Shown: positions 8,971 to 18,764, counted from the first letter of the stretch. The stretch is DNA of 64,000 bases from Candidatus Omnitrophota bacterium (GCA_050250375.1 JBFWOS010000002.1:453149-517148), one strand, 5' to 3'. Numbers and translations are program-made. The notes: generated from the letters alone by a model not told the origin.

Positions 8971-9141
8971 AAGTTTAAGGTGTAAGGTTTAAAGAGATGT
9001 TTTTTGATGGATAGAGAAAGATGAAAAGTAATTCTTTTAGATTGCACTGATTGAATTAACTCCATAAATTTTTTGATACAACTGACTTTTTTTTTTAATT
9101 TCTTCACCATTTTAAATTTTAAACCTTAAACTTTAAACCTT
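8971..9141. repeat. Imperfect ~24-bp inverted repeat (AAGTTTAAGGTGTAAGGTTTAAAG ... TTTTAAACCTTAAACTTTAAACCTT) bracketing the AT-rich valS upstream region
   Basis: The arms at 8971-8994 and 9117-9141 are reverse complements of each other. Confidence 0.5.
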
Positions 9142-9153
9142 CTCCCGTTGTTG

Positions 9154-10707
9154 TTATTCCGCTTTCTGGACGGTCACTTTATATCCGAATATCTGTATCG
9201 TTTCACGGAACTCCGGTTTGTTCCGGATGAAGACCAGTGAATTCTGGTCGGTGAACACCAGGTGCCAGTTGGGAGCGGCCGACAACTGCGCGGTTAAAAT
9301 GGATTTGGAGGCCAGCTTCTTGCTGAGGACCACGATATCGACGTTGTATTGGTTCAGGACCGTCTGCCATTCTTCTGTTCCGGCCAGGAGCCGGTAATAA
9401 GTGTCGTAAATAATATCTCCGAAGGCCGTGTAGCGGCCGTGCATAAAGATTTTATTGTCCGGGTACAGGTCGAACGCCAGGAATCCGCCCCAGTTGATAT
9501 CATTAAAGATATTCCCTTTGAGTTTATTGGCTTTGATAAAATTCGCGGCCCCGTAAGGCTGCATGTCCTTATTGACCCCGTAACCGAACTGGAATTTTTT
9601 CATTTGGGGATGATTGGATGTTAATACCAGCAGGATCAGTCCGAGGGAAACCGCCGCAACCAGGATGCGGTTAGTGAACAATTTTTTCATCCCTTCGGAA
9701 AATTTGGTGTCCGTCAGTAATAGGCTGATTTGCTGGATGATGACGGGCGCCGCCAGGATCGCGAATTCAGCAAAGAAACGGACCATCTTTAGTCCCAAAG
9801 ATGCGGCCATCAAAAAGACCAGCAGATCAAAGATATCGATTTTACGGATCGTGGCAAAGATTACCGCGGTATAAAACGTCAGCGTGAACCAGAACAACGG
9901 AAACAGCTGGTAAGGAAGATCCCTCGGCGGCAGGCATTCCAGCACCCGGTATTTGAGCGCCATATATGTGGCCTCCAGCGGCATGGTAAAAAATTCAAAA
10001 CCGGCCGGAGTGAACACGCAGGCCAGCGCGGACAGCCCCAGGACCGCCCCCAGGTGGTTCACCATTTTCTGGGTCACCGGATGTTTCAGGTTTCCGTCGA
10101 ATAAACTTGGAATATAAAGGGCCATGGCCGCCGCAACCAGATATGTCCCCAGCAGGATCAGGCCGAGCAGGCTCCCGAAATGCAGGTTCGTCCACACAAA
10201 CATCAGCGGGACCACAAACCAGAGGCTTTCCCTCTTCCCTATCTTAAAAGCGTACAGCTGTGTTGATAAATAAGCGATCAGGGCGAACGAAAATACCTGC
10301 GGCCGGACGGTCAGGCGGAAGCGGCACAAAAAAATGGTCAGTAAAAGGATCCAGAACAAAGCGTACACGTTTGCCCCCCGGCAGAGCATGTGTCTCCAGA
10401 TGATCAAAAGGATCAACGCGACCAGCACGGTCTTGACTGTAATCATCCCGGCAAATCCGCTGACCATGTAGATCAGGTACATCACCGGTTCAATCAGCCA
10501 TTCCTGGTTGATGTAAGGCATCCCGGAAACACTGAACGACAGGTGGTCAATGATTTTTAAGGTCGGATTTTCCAGCCAGACCTTTCCATCAATTAACAAG
10601 AGCCACAGGTCGTACGTTTTGATCTTGAACGTCGTCAACAGCCAGGTGCAGGCCATGAGCGTGAGGAACAAGAAACGGTGTGTGTGGGTGTTTTTGGCGT
10701 TTTGCAT
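9154..10707 (-). CDS. Hypothetical polytopic integral membrane protein with at least 10 TM helices and a C-terminal soluble domain
   Basis: A 517-aa ORF with an ATG start. There is no confident family assignment; a membrane glycosyltransferase-like fold is possible. Confidence 0.45.
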   Translation of the reverse strand: MQNAKNTHTHRFLFLTLMACTWLLTTFKIKTYDLWLLLIDGKVWLENPTLKIIDHLSFSVSGMPYINQEWLIEPVMYLIYMVSGFAGMITVKTVLVALILLIIWRHMLCRGANVYALFWILLLTIFLCRFRLTVRPQVFSFALIAYLSTQLYAFKIGKRESLWFVVPLMFVWTNLHFGSLLGLILLGTYLVAAAMALYIPSLFDGNLKHPVTQKMVNHLGAVLGLSALACVFTPAGFEFFTMPLEATYMALKYRVLECLPPRDLPYQLFPLFWFTLTFYTAVIFATIRKIDIFDLLVFLMAASLGLKMVRFFAEFAILAAPVIIQQISLLLTDTKFSEGMKKLFTNRILVAAVSLGLILLVLTSNHPQMKKFQFGYGVNKDMQPYGAANFIKANKLKGNIFNDINWGGFLAFDLYPDNKIFMHGRYTAFGDIIYDTYYRLLAGTEEWQTVLNQYNVDIVVLSKKLASKSILTAQLSAAPNWHLVFTDQNSLVFIRNKPEFRETIQIFGYKVTVQKAE

Positions 10708-10778
10708 GCGGATCGAGGGGGTAGAGATCAGGGACTAGGGACAGCTTTATCCCCAATCCCATATCCCTTGTCCCTTTT

Positions 10779-12347
10779 TTATTTTTTCAAGTCCTTTAAT
10801 AATTTATACTCAATCGCGTCGGTCAGCGCTTCAAAGGAGGCCTCAATGATGTTTTCATGAACGCCGACGGTTGTCCAGGAATCGTGTTCGTCCTGGGATT
10901 CAATCAGGACCCGGACCTTCGCCCCTGTCCCTTCTTTGGTATCAAGCACGCGCACCTTATAGTCGGCCAGGCGCATTTCTTCCAGTTTGGGATAAAATGG
11001 CGTCAGGGCCAGGCGCAGGGCTTTGTCCAGCGCGTCGACCGGACCGTCCCCCTGGACCGCGGCGTATTTTTCTTCGCCTTCAACGCTGAGCCGCACGGTC
11101 GCTTCAGCGAACACCCGTCCGTCCAGGCGTTTCTCGGAGTACGTGCGGAAACTTTCCAGTTTATAAAACGGTTTGTATTTTTTCAGCTGGCGTTTCAGGA
11201 ACAGTTCGAAGGAAGCGTCTGCCGCCTCAAACTGGTAGCCGCCGTGTTCCTTGGCCTGCAATTGTTTCATCAGTTTTTTAGTCTGCGCTGATTTTTTGTC
11301 CAGCACCACATCCATCTGCTGGGCCTTGGTGACGATCGGCATCTTTCCGGCCAGTTCCGAGGTGATGAACCTGCGGTGGTTCCCGACCAGATCAGGGTTG
11401 ATGTGTTCGTAGGCCAGCGGATTTTTCATCATCGCGTCAATGTGCACCCCGCCCTTGTGCGCGAAGGCCGAGTGGCCGATGAACGCGGCGTTGTTCGGGA
11501 TGATGCTGTTGGAAATCTCGCTGATGAAATAACAGGTGTCCATCAGTTTGTCCAGGCTCGATTTCGGGACGCATTCCAGTTTCATTTTGGTCTGCAGGAT
11601 GCCGATGATCGTCGCGAGATTGGCGTTGCCGCAGCGCTCGCCCAGGCCGTTAAATGTTCCCTGGATCTGCATGCAACCGGCCTCAACTGCCGCGATCGAA
11701 TTCGCCACGCCCATTTCCATATCATGGTGGCAGTGGATCCCCAGGTTTACGTCAAAATGATGTTTGATGCTGCTGATAATTTTATAAACTTCACTCGGGA
11801 GCGTCCCGCCGTTGGTGTCGCAGAAAATGATGCAGTCGGCTCCGGCCTCCTGCGCGGTCAGGACGGTCTTAAGCGCGTATTCCGGATTGTTCTTGAACCC
11901 GTCAAAGAAATGTTCGGCGTCGTAGAAGACTTCTTTCTTTTGTTTTTTCAGATAATGGACAGAGTCGTAGATCATCCGGATGTTTTCTTCCAGGGATGTC
12001 TTGATCACATCGGTCACGTGCAGGTCCCAGGACTTGCCGAAGATGCAGATCGTTTTGGTCCCGGACTGGATCAGCGCCCGGATATTGGCGTCTTTGGCCG
12101 TCGGGGTTTTGGCCCGGCGTGTCGAACCGAAGGCCGTGATGACGGCGTTCTTCAGCTTTTTGCCTTTGAAGTGCGCGAAATATTCCTTGTCTTTAGGGTT
12201 GGACCCGGGCCATCCGCCTTCAATATAATGCACCCCCAGGTCATCCAGCTTGTGGGTGATCTTGATCTTGTCGTTAACGGTGTAACTGACCCCTTCCGTC
12301 TGGCTTCCGTCCCGTAAGGTCGTGTCGTATATGATGATCCTTTGCAT
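10779..12347 (-). CDS. cimA: (R)-citramalate synthase / 2-isopropylmalate synthase family enzyme
   Basis: The 522-aa product starts MQRIIIYDTTLRDGSQTEGVSYT (HMGL-like TIM barrel). It has the HxH metal site (GIHCHHDMEMGVANS) and a C-terminal LeuA-dimer regulatory domain. Its length and gene context favour CimA. Confidence 0.8.
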   Translation of the reverse strand: MQRIIIYDTTLRDGSQTEGVSYTVNDKIKITHKLDDLGVHYIEGGWPGSNPKDKEYFAHFKGKKLKNAVITAFGSTRRAKTPTAKDANIRALIQSGTKTICIFGKSWDLHVTDVIKTSLEENIRMIYDSVHYLKKQKKEVFYDAEHFFDGFKNNPEYALKTVLTAQEAGADCIIFCDTNGGTLPSEVYKIISSIKHHFDVNLGIHCHHDMEMGVANSIAAVEAGCMQIQGTFNGLGERCGNANLATIIGILQTKMKLECVPKSSLDKLMDTCYFISEISNSIIPNNAAFIGHSAFAHKGGVHIDAMMKNPLAYEHINPDLVGNHRRFITSELAGKMPIVTKAQQMDVVLDKKSAQTKKLMKQLQAKEHGGYQFEAADASFELFLKRQLKKYKPFYKLESFRTYSEKRLDGRVFAEATVRLSVEGEEKYAAVQGDGPVDALDKALRLALTPFYPKLEEMRLADYKVRVLDTKEGTGAKVRVLIESQDEHDSWTTVGVHENIIEASFEALTDAIEYKLLKDLKK

Positions 12348-12429
12348 AATAATCCTTATTTTTTGATGTAACCCGTGACCGTCTCATTTTGCTGATCCGA
12401 ATCCCCGGTAACAGGCCCCCTCTGGGGTT

Positions 12430-13656
12430 TTATTTAATTTTATCCAGCTCAAACGCTTTATGCAGCGCCTGCGTGGCCTTCTCGGCGGCTTTGGCGTTGA
12501 TGATACACGAAATGCTGATCTCGGATGTTGAAATCATTTCAATATTGACTTTAAGTTTCGCCAGGGTATCAAACATCTTGGCGGCAATTCCGTTATGTGA
12601 ACGCATCCCTGAACCGATGATGGAAACGCGGGCAATATTATCCGTGGATGTGACCTGTCCGGCCTTGATTTTCTTGGCCACATTATTCGAGGCCTCCAGG
12701 GCCTTGGCCAGTTCCTTTTTCGGCACGGTGAAGGAGATGTCCGTCAGTCCGGTGTTCGACACATTCTGGACGATGATGTCGACGTTAACGCCTTTTTTGG
12801 AGATCTCGGTAAAAATACTGGCCGCGATCCCGGTCTGGTCCGGAACGGCGTGAATGGTGATCTTGGCCTCGGATGAATTGCTGGTAATGCCGCGGACGGC
12901 GATATCTTCTATTTTCGGGGTATCTTTGACTATCATGGTTCCTTCCTCCTTGGAAAAGCTTGATCTCACATGGATCGGCACATTAAAACGTTTGGCGACT
13001 TCAATGGAACGGGCCTGCATGACCTGCGCGCCCAGCGAAGCCATCTCGAGCATTTCTTCAAACGTGATGGTTTTAATTTTTCGGGCATCCTTCACCTTGC
13101 GCGGATCGGTGGTAAAGATGCCGGTGACATCGGTATAAATTTCGCAGACCTTGGCTTTTAAGGCGACGGCCAGCGCCACCGCTGTCAGGTCTGACCCGCC
13201 GCGGCCGAGCGTCGTGATTTCATCATCCTCCGTAATCCCCTGATAACCGGCTACGATCACGATCTTGTTCTGCTGATGCGCTTTTTTAATACGCGGCGAT
13301 TCAATGGAAATGACCCGGGCCTTGGTGTGGGACTTGTCCGTCCTGATCCCGACCTGGGGACCGGTAAAGGCAATGGCGTCGAGCCCCAGCGCCTTGATGG
13401 CCATCGCCAGCAGTGCGGATGAAATCTGTTCGCCGGTCGACATCAAAAGGTCCATCTCCCGGTCCGGCGGGTTAGGGCAAAGTTTGAAGGCCATTTCTTC
13501 CAGTTCATCGGTGGTGTCGCCTAACGCGGAAACGACCACGACCAGATTGTTCGTTTTTGTTTTTGAGTCGACGATCCGCTGGGCCACGTTCTTGATCCGG
13601 TCAATATTCGCGACAGAAGAACCGCCGAATTTTAGGACAACAATGTGTTTCTTCAT
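12430..13656 (-). CDS. lysC: Aspartate kinase
   Basis: The N-terminus KKHIVVLKFGGSSV is the amino-acid-kinase fold and there are tandem C-terminal ACT domains. The track start at 13686 is a GTG; an ATG at 13654-13656 with the RBS GGAAGG is the more likely start. Confidence 0.9.
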   Translation of the reverse strand: MKKHIVVLKFGGSSVANIDRIKNVAQRIVDSKTKTNNLVVVVSALGDTTDELEEMAFKLCPNPPDREMDLLMSTGEQISSALLAMAIKALGLDAIAFTGPQVGIRTDKSHTKARVISIESPRIKKAHQQNKIVIVAGYQGITEDDEITTLGRGGSDLTAVALAVALKAKVCEIYTDVTGIFTTDPRKVKDARKIKTITFEEMLEMASLGAQVMQARSIEVAKRFNVPIHVRSSFSKEEGTMIVKDTPKIEDIAVRGITSNSSEAKITIHAVPDQTGIAASIFTEISKKGVNVDIIVQNVSNTGLTDISFTVPKKELAKALEASNNVAKKIKAGQVTSTDNIARVSIIGSGMRSHNGIAAKMFDTLAKLKVNIEMISTSEISISCIINAKAAEKATQALHKAFELDKIK

Positions 13657-13686
13657 CTTAACGTAACTTCCTTTCTTGTCTGACAC

Positions 13687-13745
13687 AAAGTCACAAGGTC
13701 ACAAGTCACACACTCATGTGTCATGTGACGTGTGTCGTGTGACCT
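13687..13745. promoter_or_regulatory. GTCACA/TGTGAC-rich nested-palindrome element in the iPGM-lysC spacer. Candidate attenuator or operator.
   Basis: The sequence is ...aagtcacaaggtcacaagtcacacactcatgtgtcatgtgacgtgtgtcgtgtgaccttt. It has the same composition as the element at 15593-15655. Confidence 0.4.
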
Positions 13746-14948
13746 TTATAAATTTTTCTTAATAAAATATTCAATCATTTCTTCCCCGCTCTTAAACTTG
13801 ATCCCGATTTCCTGCGTGGACGTTTCGGTATAAAGATCCGCGCCGTTGGGCTGAATCCCGTGTCCGTACATCACGAACCCGACCGGTTCATGGGTATGGG
13901 TGCGCAATTCAACCGGAGTCGGATGGTCCGGCAAAACAAGAATGCGGGCATCCGGGTGATTTCCGAAATGGTTCAGAACGGATCCGACAATATGTTTGTC
14001 GACATTTTCGATCGCCTCAATCTTGGCCTTGACGTCTCCGTTATGACCGGCCTCATCCGGGGCTTCAATATGGATGTAGACATAATCATGCCGGGTCAAG
14101 GACTGGATGGCGTATTCGGCCTTGCCTTTGTAATTGGTGTCGTAATATCCGGTTGCCCCGGGCACATCAATGACCTCGAGCCCGGCCAGCCGTCCCAGGC
14201 CATTCACGAGATCCACCGCCGAGATCATTGAGCCGCTAATTCCGAATTTTTCCTTGAACGGAACAAGAATCGGTTTGGTCCCCTGGCCCCACAGCCAGAT
14301 CATCGTGGCCGGATTTTCTTTCAGGTCAACGCGCACCTGGTTGACGGGGTTTTCGGCGAAAATGGTCTTGGACTGTTCCATGATGTCCAGCAGTTTTCCG
14401 GCGAACTGGCCCGCGGGCAGAAATTTTTTAATAGGTTTGTCAATGATATCATGCGGCGGAACCGTCTTGACGGCCAGGAACGCGGGCGGATTCGCGGACT
14501 TGAGCACCATGATATGCCGGTAACTTTTTCCGGGATAAAAGGTCACGTCTTTATCCGTCACCTGGTTCTTAAGCGCTTCAATCAGGATCGCCGCCTCATC
14601 GGTGCGGATGTGTCCGGCGCTGTAATCCTCCATCATTCCGTTCATTTCCGTAATCAGGTTGCAGCGAAACGCGATCTCGTCATCCTTCAGGTCAATGCCC
14701 AGGTTGGCCGCTTCCAGCGGTGAACGCCCGGTCAGGCAGTACTCCGGATTGTAGCCCAGGATGGCCATGTTTCCGACGTCGGAACCGGGCGGGAGTTTAT
14801 CGGGGATGGTCTGCACCAGCCCGCTCATCCCGTTTTTGGCCATGTGGTCCATGTTGGGCGTGCGCGCCACTTCCAGCGGCGTGCGGTTATCCAGGTTTTC
14901 TACCGGATGGTCAAACATACCATCCGGGACGATGACAACATATTTCAT
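13746..14948 (-). CDS. Cofactor-independent phosphoglycerate mutase, archaeal-type (ApgM / alkaline-phosphatase superfamily). It occupies the position of homoserine kinase in the thr cluster.
   Basis: The 400-aa product starts MKYVVIVPDGMFDHP...PNMDHMAKNGMSGL, matching the 2,3-BPG-independent PGM (ApgM) family. It is embedded between thrC/coaB and lysC. Confidence 0.75.
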   Translation of the reverse strand: MKYVVIVPDGMFDHPVENLDNRTPLEVARTPNMDHMAKNGMSGLVQTIPDKLPPGSDVGNMAILGYNPEYCLTGRSPLEAANLGIDLKDDEIAFRCNLITEMNGMMEDYSAGHIRTDEAAILIEALKNQVTDKDVTFYPGKSYRHIMVLKSANPPAFLAVKTVPPHDIIDKPIKKFLPAGQFAGKLLDIMEQSKTIFAENPVNQVRVDLKENPATMIWLWGQGTKPILVPFKEKFGISGSMISAVDLVNGLGRLAGLEVIDVPGATGYYDTNYKGKAEYAIQSLTRHDYVYIHIEAPDEAGHNGDVKAKIEAIENVDKHIVGSVLNHFGNHPDARILVLPDHPTPVELRTHTHEPVGFVMYGHGIQPNGADLYTETSTQEIGIKFKSGEEMIEYFIKKNL

Positions 14949-15592
14949 AATCGGCCTTCCACAATATCAAGCAGTTGATCGACCACCCCGCTGCGGGTGG
15001 TCCCGCTGCTGAGGATCTTGTCCTGTTCAACGACAAATCCCAGATAATTTTGTTCTTTGAGCGTGTTGGCCACCACCAGATCGCAAAAGGCCTCGGTAAA
15101 TAATCCCCGGGTCGACTTGAGAGCGATCTTTTCCGTCATATCCGACTCCAGCTTGAAACCCACGATCAGTGATTTCGGGCTGACCTTGCGGATGGAACGG
15201 ATCAGCTTCGGTAACGGGATCAGGTTCAGGGTGATGTTTGGTTCGTCCGACTTGATCTTTTTTTTCAGCGGGTTTTTGATCGTGTAATCGCTGACAGCGG
15301 CCGCGTGAAAGATCACGTCATAATGTTTTTTTTCTTCAACGAGCTCGTGGCGGATGATCCGCATTAAGTCCGTGTAATATTTAAACGGTTTGACCACGAT
15401 CCCGTTTGATTCCATCCGGCGTTCGACCGGACCTTCAACCAGGGTGACTTTGGCCCCGCGTTTTTTGCATTTGAGCGCGAGGGTCTGCCCCAGTTCTCCG
15501 GTGGAGATGTTGCTGATGACCCGGACATCGTCGATCGGGACCCAGGTGGGCCCGCAGGTGATCAGAACAGATTTATTTTTCAGAGTATTCAT
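14945..15592 (-). CDS. coaB: Phosphopantothenate--cysteine ligase (CoaB domain protein)
   Basis: VLITCGPTWVPIDDVRVISNISTGELGQTLALKCKKRGAKVTLV matches the DFP/CoaB C-terminal domain. The track start at 15616 is a GTG; the ATG at 15590-15592 is the likely start. Confidence 0.7.
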   Translation of the reverse strand: MNTLKNKSVLITCGPTWVPIDDVRVISNISTGELGQTLALKCKKRGAKVTLVEGPVERRMESNGIVVKPFKYYTDLMRIIRHELVEEKKHYDVIFHAAAVSDYTIKNPLKKKIKSDEPNITLNLIPLPKLIRSIRKVSPKSLIVGFKLESDMTEKIALKSTRGLFTEAFCDLVVANTLKEQNYLGFVVEQDKILSSGTTRSGVVDQLLDIVEGRL

Positions 15593-15655
15593 ATTTAGAC
15601 ACAGGATACATGTCACACGTCACATGTGTCGTTGTGACCTGTGACCTTGTGACGT
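15593..15655. promoter_or_regulatory. Second GTCACA/TGTGAC-rich palindromic element, in the thrC-coaB spacer
   Basis: The sequence is acaggatacatgtcacacgtcacatgtgtcgttgtgacctgtgaccttgtgacgtttata. Confidence 0.4.
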
Positions 15656-16714
15656 TTATAGTCCGATTTCTTTCAACACCGCCAGGATATCCGCCTCCAC
15701 CGTCACCGGTTTGCCGATGGCATTGATCGCCGTGTTCGGATCTTTTAATCCGTGCCCGGTCAGCGTGCACACCAGGGTCGCCTCCTGGTCATTCTTAAAA
15801 TATCCGCGTTTGTGCAGTTTTAAAACTCCAGCGACGCTGGCCGCGGACGCCGGTTCGCAAAAGACCCCGCTGAAGGCGGCCAGGATCTGGTAGGCCTCCA
15901 GGATTTCTTCATCCGTCACGGCCTCAATCAAACCGCCGGATTCGTCCCGGGCGGCGACCGCCTGTTTCCAGCTGGCCGGATTGCCGATACGGATGGCGGT
16001 GGCGATGGTTTCCGGTTTTTCGATAATCTTGTTATGCACGATCGGCGCCGCTCCGGCGGCCTGAAACCCGAGCATTTTCGGCAGGCGTTCGCTGAGACTG
16101 GCCTGCTCATATTCGTTGTAACCTTTCCAGTACGCAGTGATGTTGCCGGCGTTCCCGACCGGGATCGCGTGAAAATGCGGCGCGTCACCCAGTGCGTCGC
16201 AGATCTCAAAAGCCGCGGTCTTCTGTCCTTCAATCCGGTAAGGGTTGATGGAGTTGACCAGTTCCACCGGAAAATCATCCGCGATCTTTTTGACCAGGTT
16301 GAGCGCGTCATCAAAGTTGCCCTTGATCTGGATCACCTTGGCCTTGTGGATCATGGCCTGGGCCAGTTTACCGAGGGAAATATTTCCTTCAGGGATCAGG
16401 ACCACGCATTCCATCGTGCCGCTTTTGGCCGCGTACGCGGCGGCGGACGCGGAGGTGTTTCCGGTCGAGGCGCACATCACGACCTTGGCATTTTTTTCCT
16501 TGGCCATGGAGATCGCCATAGTCATCCCCCGGTCTTTGAATGAACCCGTCGGGTTAAGCCCTTCGTATTTGAGATACACATTCAGGCCGGTGCGTTTCGA
16601 CAAATCTTCGGAATAGATCAGCGGGGTGTTGCACTCCATCAGGCTCACAATGTTTTCATCTTTGATCTTCGGTAAAAATTTCCGGTATGTCCGGATCAGT
16701 CCCTGGTAACTCAT
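15656..16714 (-). CDS. thrC: Threonine synthase
   Basis: The 352-aa product has the PLP-lysine motif NPTGSFKDRGMT. Its start codon overlaps the hom stop by 1 nt. Confidence 0.9.
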   Translation of the reverse strand: MSYQGLIRTYRKFLPKIKDENIVSLMECNTPLIYSEDLSKRTGLNVYLKYEGLNPTGSFKDRGMTMAISMAKEKNAKVVMCASTGNTSASAAAYAAKSGTMECVVLIPEGNISLGKLAQAMIHKAKVIQIKGNFDDALNLVKKIADDFPVELVNSINPYRIEGQKTAAFEICDALGDAPHFHAIPVGNAGNITAYWKGYNEYEQASLSERLPKMLGFQAAGAAPIVHNKIIEKPETIATAIRIGNPASWKQAVAARDESGGLIEAVTDEEILEAYQILAAFSGVFCEPASAASVAGVLKLHKRGYFKNDQEATLVCTLTGHGLKDPNTAINAIGKPVTVEADILAVLKEIGL

Positions 16715-18024
16715 TATAATTTCTCCATCCGGATCGCCACGGGTTTGCTTTTGACGCTGGCGAGTTTTTCGATTTTGTTTAACGCGCTTCGCAGGGCCTT
16801 TTCTGTGGTGTAATCGGTCAGCATGATAACCGGGACGGCCTTTAAATCAAGGTCATGCGCCTGCTGCGTCACTGAATTGATCCCGATCCCCGCGCGGCCC
16901 AGGATCCCGGTGACCTGCGACAGGACCCCCGGTTTATCGGCGGCCAGGATGCGGATATAAAATTTTGTTTCGATATGGTCGATGGTCTTCAGCCGGATCC
17001 CTTTGGCCTGCGAGTAACGGTTGCAATACAGCGGGTTGTTCGGCGCGTTCACGGAATTGATCAGGTCGGCGATCACCCCGCTCGCGGCGGCCATCTGCCC
17101 GGCGCCTTCCCCGGAGATCATCACATTGCCTAACGGTTCGGTGTTCAGATAAAACGCGTTAAAAATGCCGTGCACGGTAGACAAAGGATGGCTCTTTGAG
17201 ATCAGCGTCGGATGAACGCGGACTTCCAGGTTGCCTTTGGATTCTTTGGCAATCGCCAGCAATTTGATCGACAAATCAAGGCTTTCGGCATAGGTGATAT
17301 CAATATGGGAAATGTCCGTGATCCCTTCCGTATAGATTAATTTGACCGGAAGCATTTTGCCGAACGCGAGAAAAGTCAGGATGGCCAGCTTATGGGCCGT
17401 GTCCATCCCGTTGACATCCAGCGTCGGGTCGGACTCGGCGTACCCCCTGGCCTGCGCGTCTTTCAGGGCCTCGGCAAACGAACAATGCCGGGTGGTCATC
17501 TCATCCAGGATAAAATTGCACGTCCCGTTGATGATCCCGTACAGGCCTTTAAATGAGTTTCCGGCGATGGTCTCGGAAATTGTTTTGATGATCGGGATGC
17601 CGGCGCCGACCGCGGATTCAAAATAGATGTGCCGGCCGTGTTCCTGGGCCAGTTTGAATAATTCCAGTCCGTGATTGGCGATCAGGGCCTTGTTGGCCGT
17701 GATCACATCCTTGCCGTTTTTCAGGGCGCGTTCAACAATCTGTTTGGCCGGCTGTTTCCCGCCGATCAGTTCAATGACCAGATCGATTTTCGGATCGTCC
17801 AGGATATCGTTAAAATTTTTGGTCCGTTTGACCGCGCCCATTCCGGCCGTGCTTTTTTTATGGATGCTGCGGTCGCAGACCGCTAAAAGATGAAAATCCG
17901 CGCCGTATTTTTCTTTGTAGACGCTTTTGTTTTTTTTCAGGATCTGGGCGACCCCCTGGCCCACCACACCGTAACCGATCAGTCCGATATTGATGCGGTC
18001 GAAATTATTTCGCGGATTAGTCAT
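16714..18024 (-). CDS. hom: Homoserine dehydrogenase
   Basis: The 436-aa product has an N-terminal NAD-binding motif IGLIGYGVVGQGV, a catalytic domain and a C-terminal ACT domain. Confidence 0.9.
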   Translation of the reverse strand: MTNPRNNFDRINIGLIGYGVVGQGVAQILKKNKSVYKEKYGADFHLLAVCDRSIHKKSTAGMGAVKRTKNFNDILDDPKIDLVIELIGGKQPAKQIVERALKNGKDVITANKALIANHGLELFKLAQEHGRHIYFESAVGAGIPIIKTISETIAGNSFKGLYGIINGTCNFILDEMTTRHCSFAEALKDAQARGYAESDPTLDVNGMDTAHKLAILTFLAFGKMLPVKLIYTEGITDISHIDITYAESLDLSIKLLAIAKESKGNLEVRVHPTLISKSHPLSTVHGIFNAFYLNTEPLGNVMISGEGAGQMAAASGVIADLINSVNAPNNPLYCNRYSQAKGIRLKTIDHIETKFYIRILAADKPGVLSQVTGILGRAGIGINSVTQQAHDLDLKAVPVIMLTDYTTEKALRSALNKIEKLASVKSKPVAIRMEKL

Positions 18025-18403
18025 GGGGTGCTCCGTCAGAATTTTTAAAGAAGGCGATCAGTTTGTCCAGCACGACCGTGGCTTCCGTGTTCAGGTTATC
18101 AAACTCGAGCCGGGTTTCATAGATCATGTTCTTGACCTTTTCATTGCTGCCTCGCACGACCCCTTCAAGGATGGTGGTCCCGGTTATAAACGGGGTGTTG
18201 AGTTCGACCCCCATCCGGATTCCGATCTCAAACGGCTGGGCTGTGATAAAACACATCCCGCCCTGGCTGATATTTTTCAGCTGGGTGAGTTCCGTCTTGT
18301 TTTCCGGCGTCCTGACGTCAAAATAACGCAGCAGGAAGTTCTTTTTAAACCTCTTGTACCTGCGTTTTTCCGAAAAATCGTCCTGTTTTTTCTTGGGAAG
18401 CAT
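18017..18403 (-). CDS. PilZ-domain protein (putative c-di-GMP receptor)
   Basis: The 128-aa product contains EKRRYKRF...LKNISQGGMCF, the RxxxR ... (D/N)xSxxG PilZ signature. Its 3' end overlaps the hom start by 8 nt. Confidence 0.65.
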   Translation of the reverse strand: MLPKKKQDDFSEKRRYKRFKKNFLLRYFDVRTPENKTELTQLKNISQGGMCFITAQPFEIGIRMGVELNTPFITGTTILEGVVRGSNEKVKNMIYETRLEFDNLNTEATVVLDKLIAFFKNSDGAPHD

Positions 18404-18521
18404 GTTGTGCTCCTTTTGTAATCAACATGAGCGGGGACCGGTGATCTGTAATCCGTGACCTTTTCCTGTCAGGTCCCTGGTCCCGTGTTGATGGGTCCCT
18501 TTAATCCTATTTATAGAAATA

Positions 18522-18595
18522 TCGGAGCGGTGAGATTCGAACTCACGACCACTTGTACCCCATACAAGTGCGCTAGCCAGCTGCGCTACGCCCCG
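18522..18595 (-). tRNA. tRNA-Pro (anticodon GGG)
   Basis: The cloverleaf has acceptor CGGGGCG/CGCTCCG with one G-U pair, D arm GCGC-AGCTGGCTA-GCGC, anticodon stem CTTGT/ACAAG with loop ATGGGGT (U33, GGG, G37), T arm GTGAG-TTCGAAT-CTCAC, C1:G72 and A73 as expected for tRNA-Pro. CCA is not encoded. Confidence 0.75.
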
Positions 18596-18764
18596 GATAT
18601 GGAAAAAATTGAACGCAAAGTCTAAAATAAATCATATGTAACTATATATTATTATTTCTTTTAATACGAGGCATAATTATACAGTAAATGAATAAAATCG
18701 CAAAGTAAAAATCCAGCTTTAAAAAATATTAAATTCTTTAAGAATTCCGGTAAATTTATATATA

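Noticed and set aside
13681-15660. The GTCACA-rich elements considered as a CRISPR array
   Set aside because: There are only two loci, each about 60 nt, with no regular repeat-spacer periodicity.
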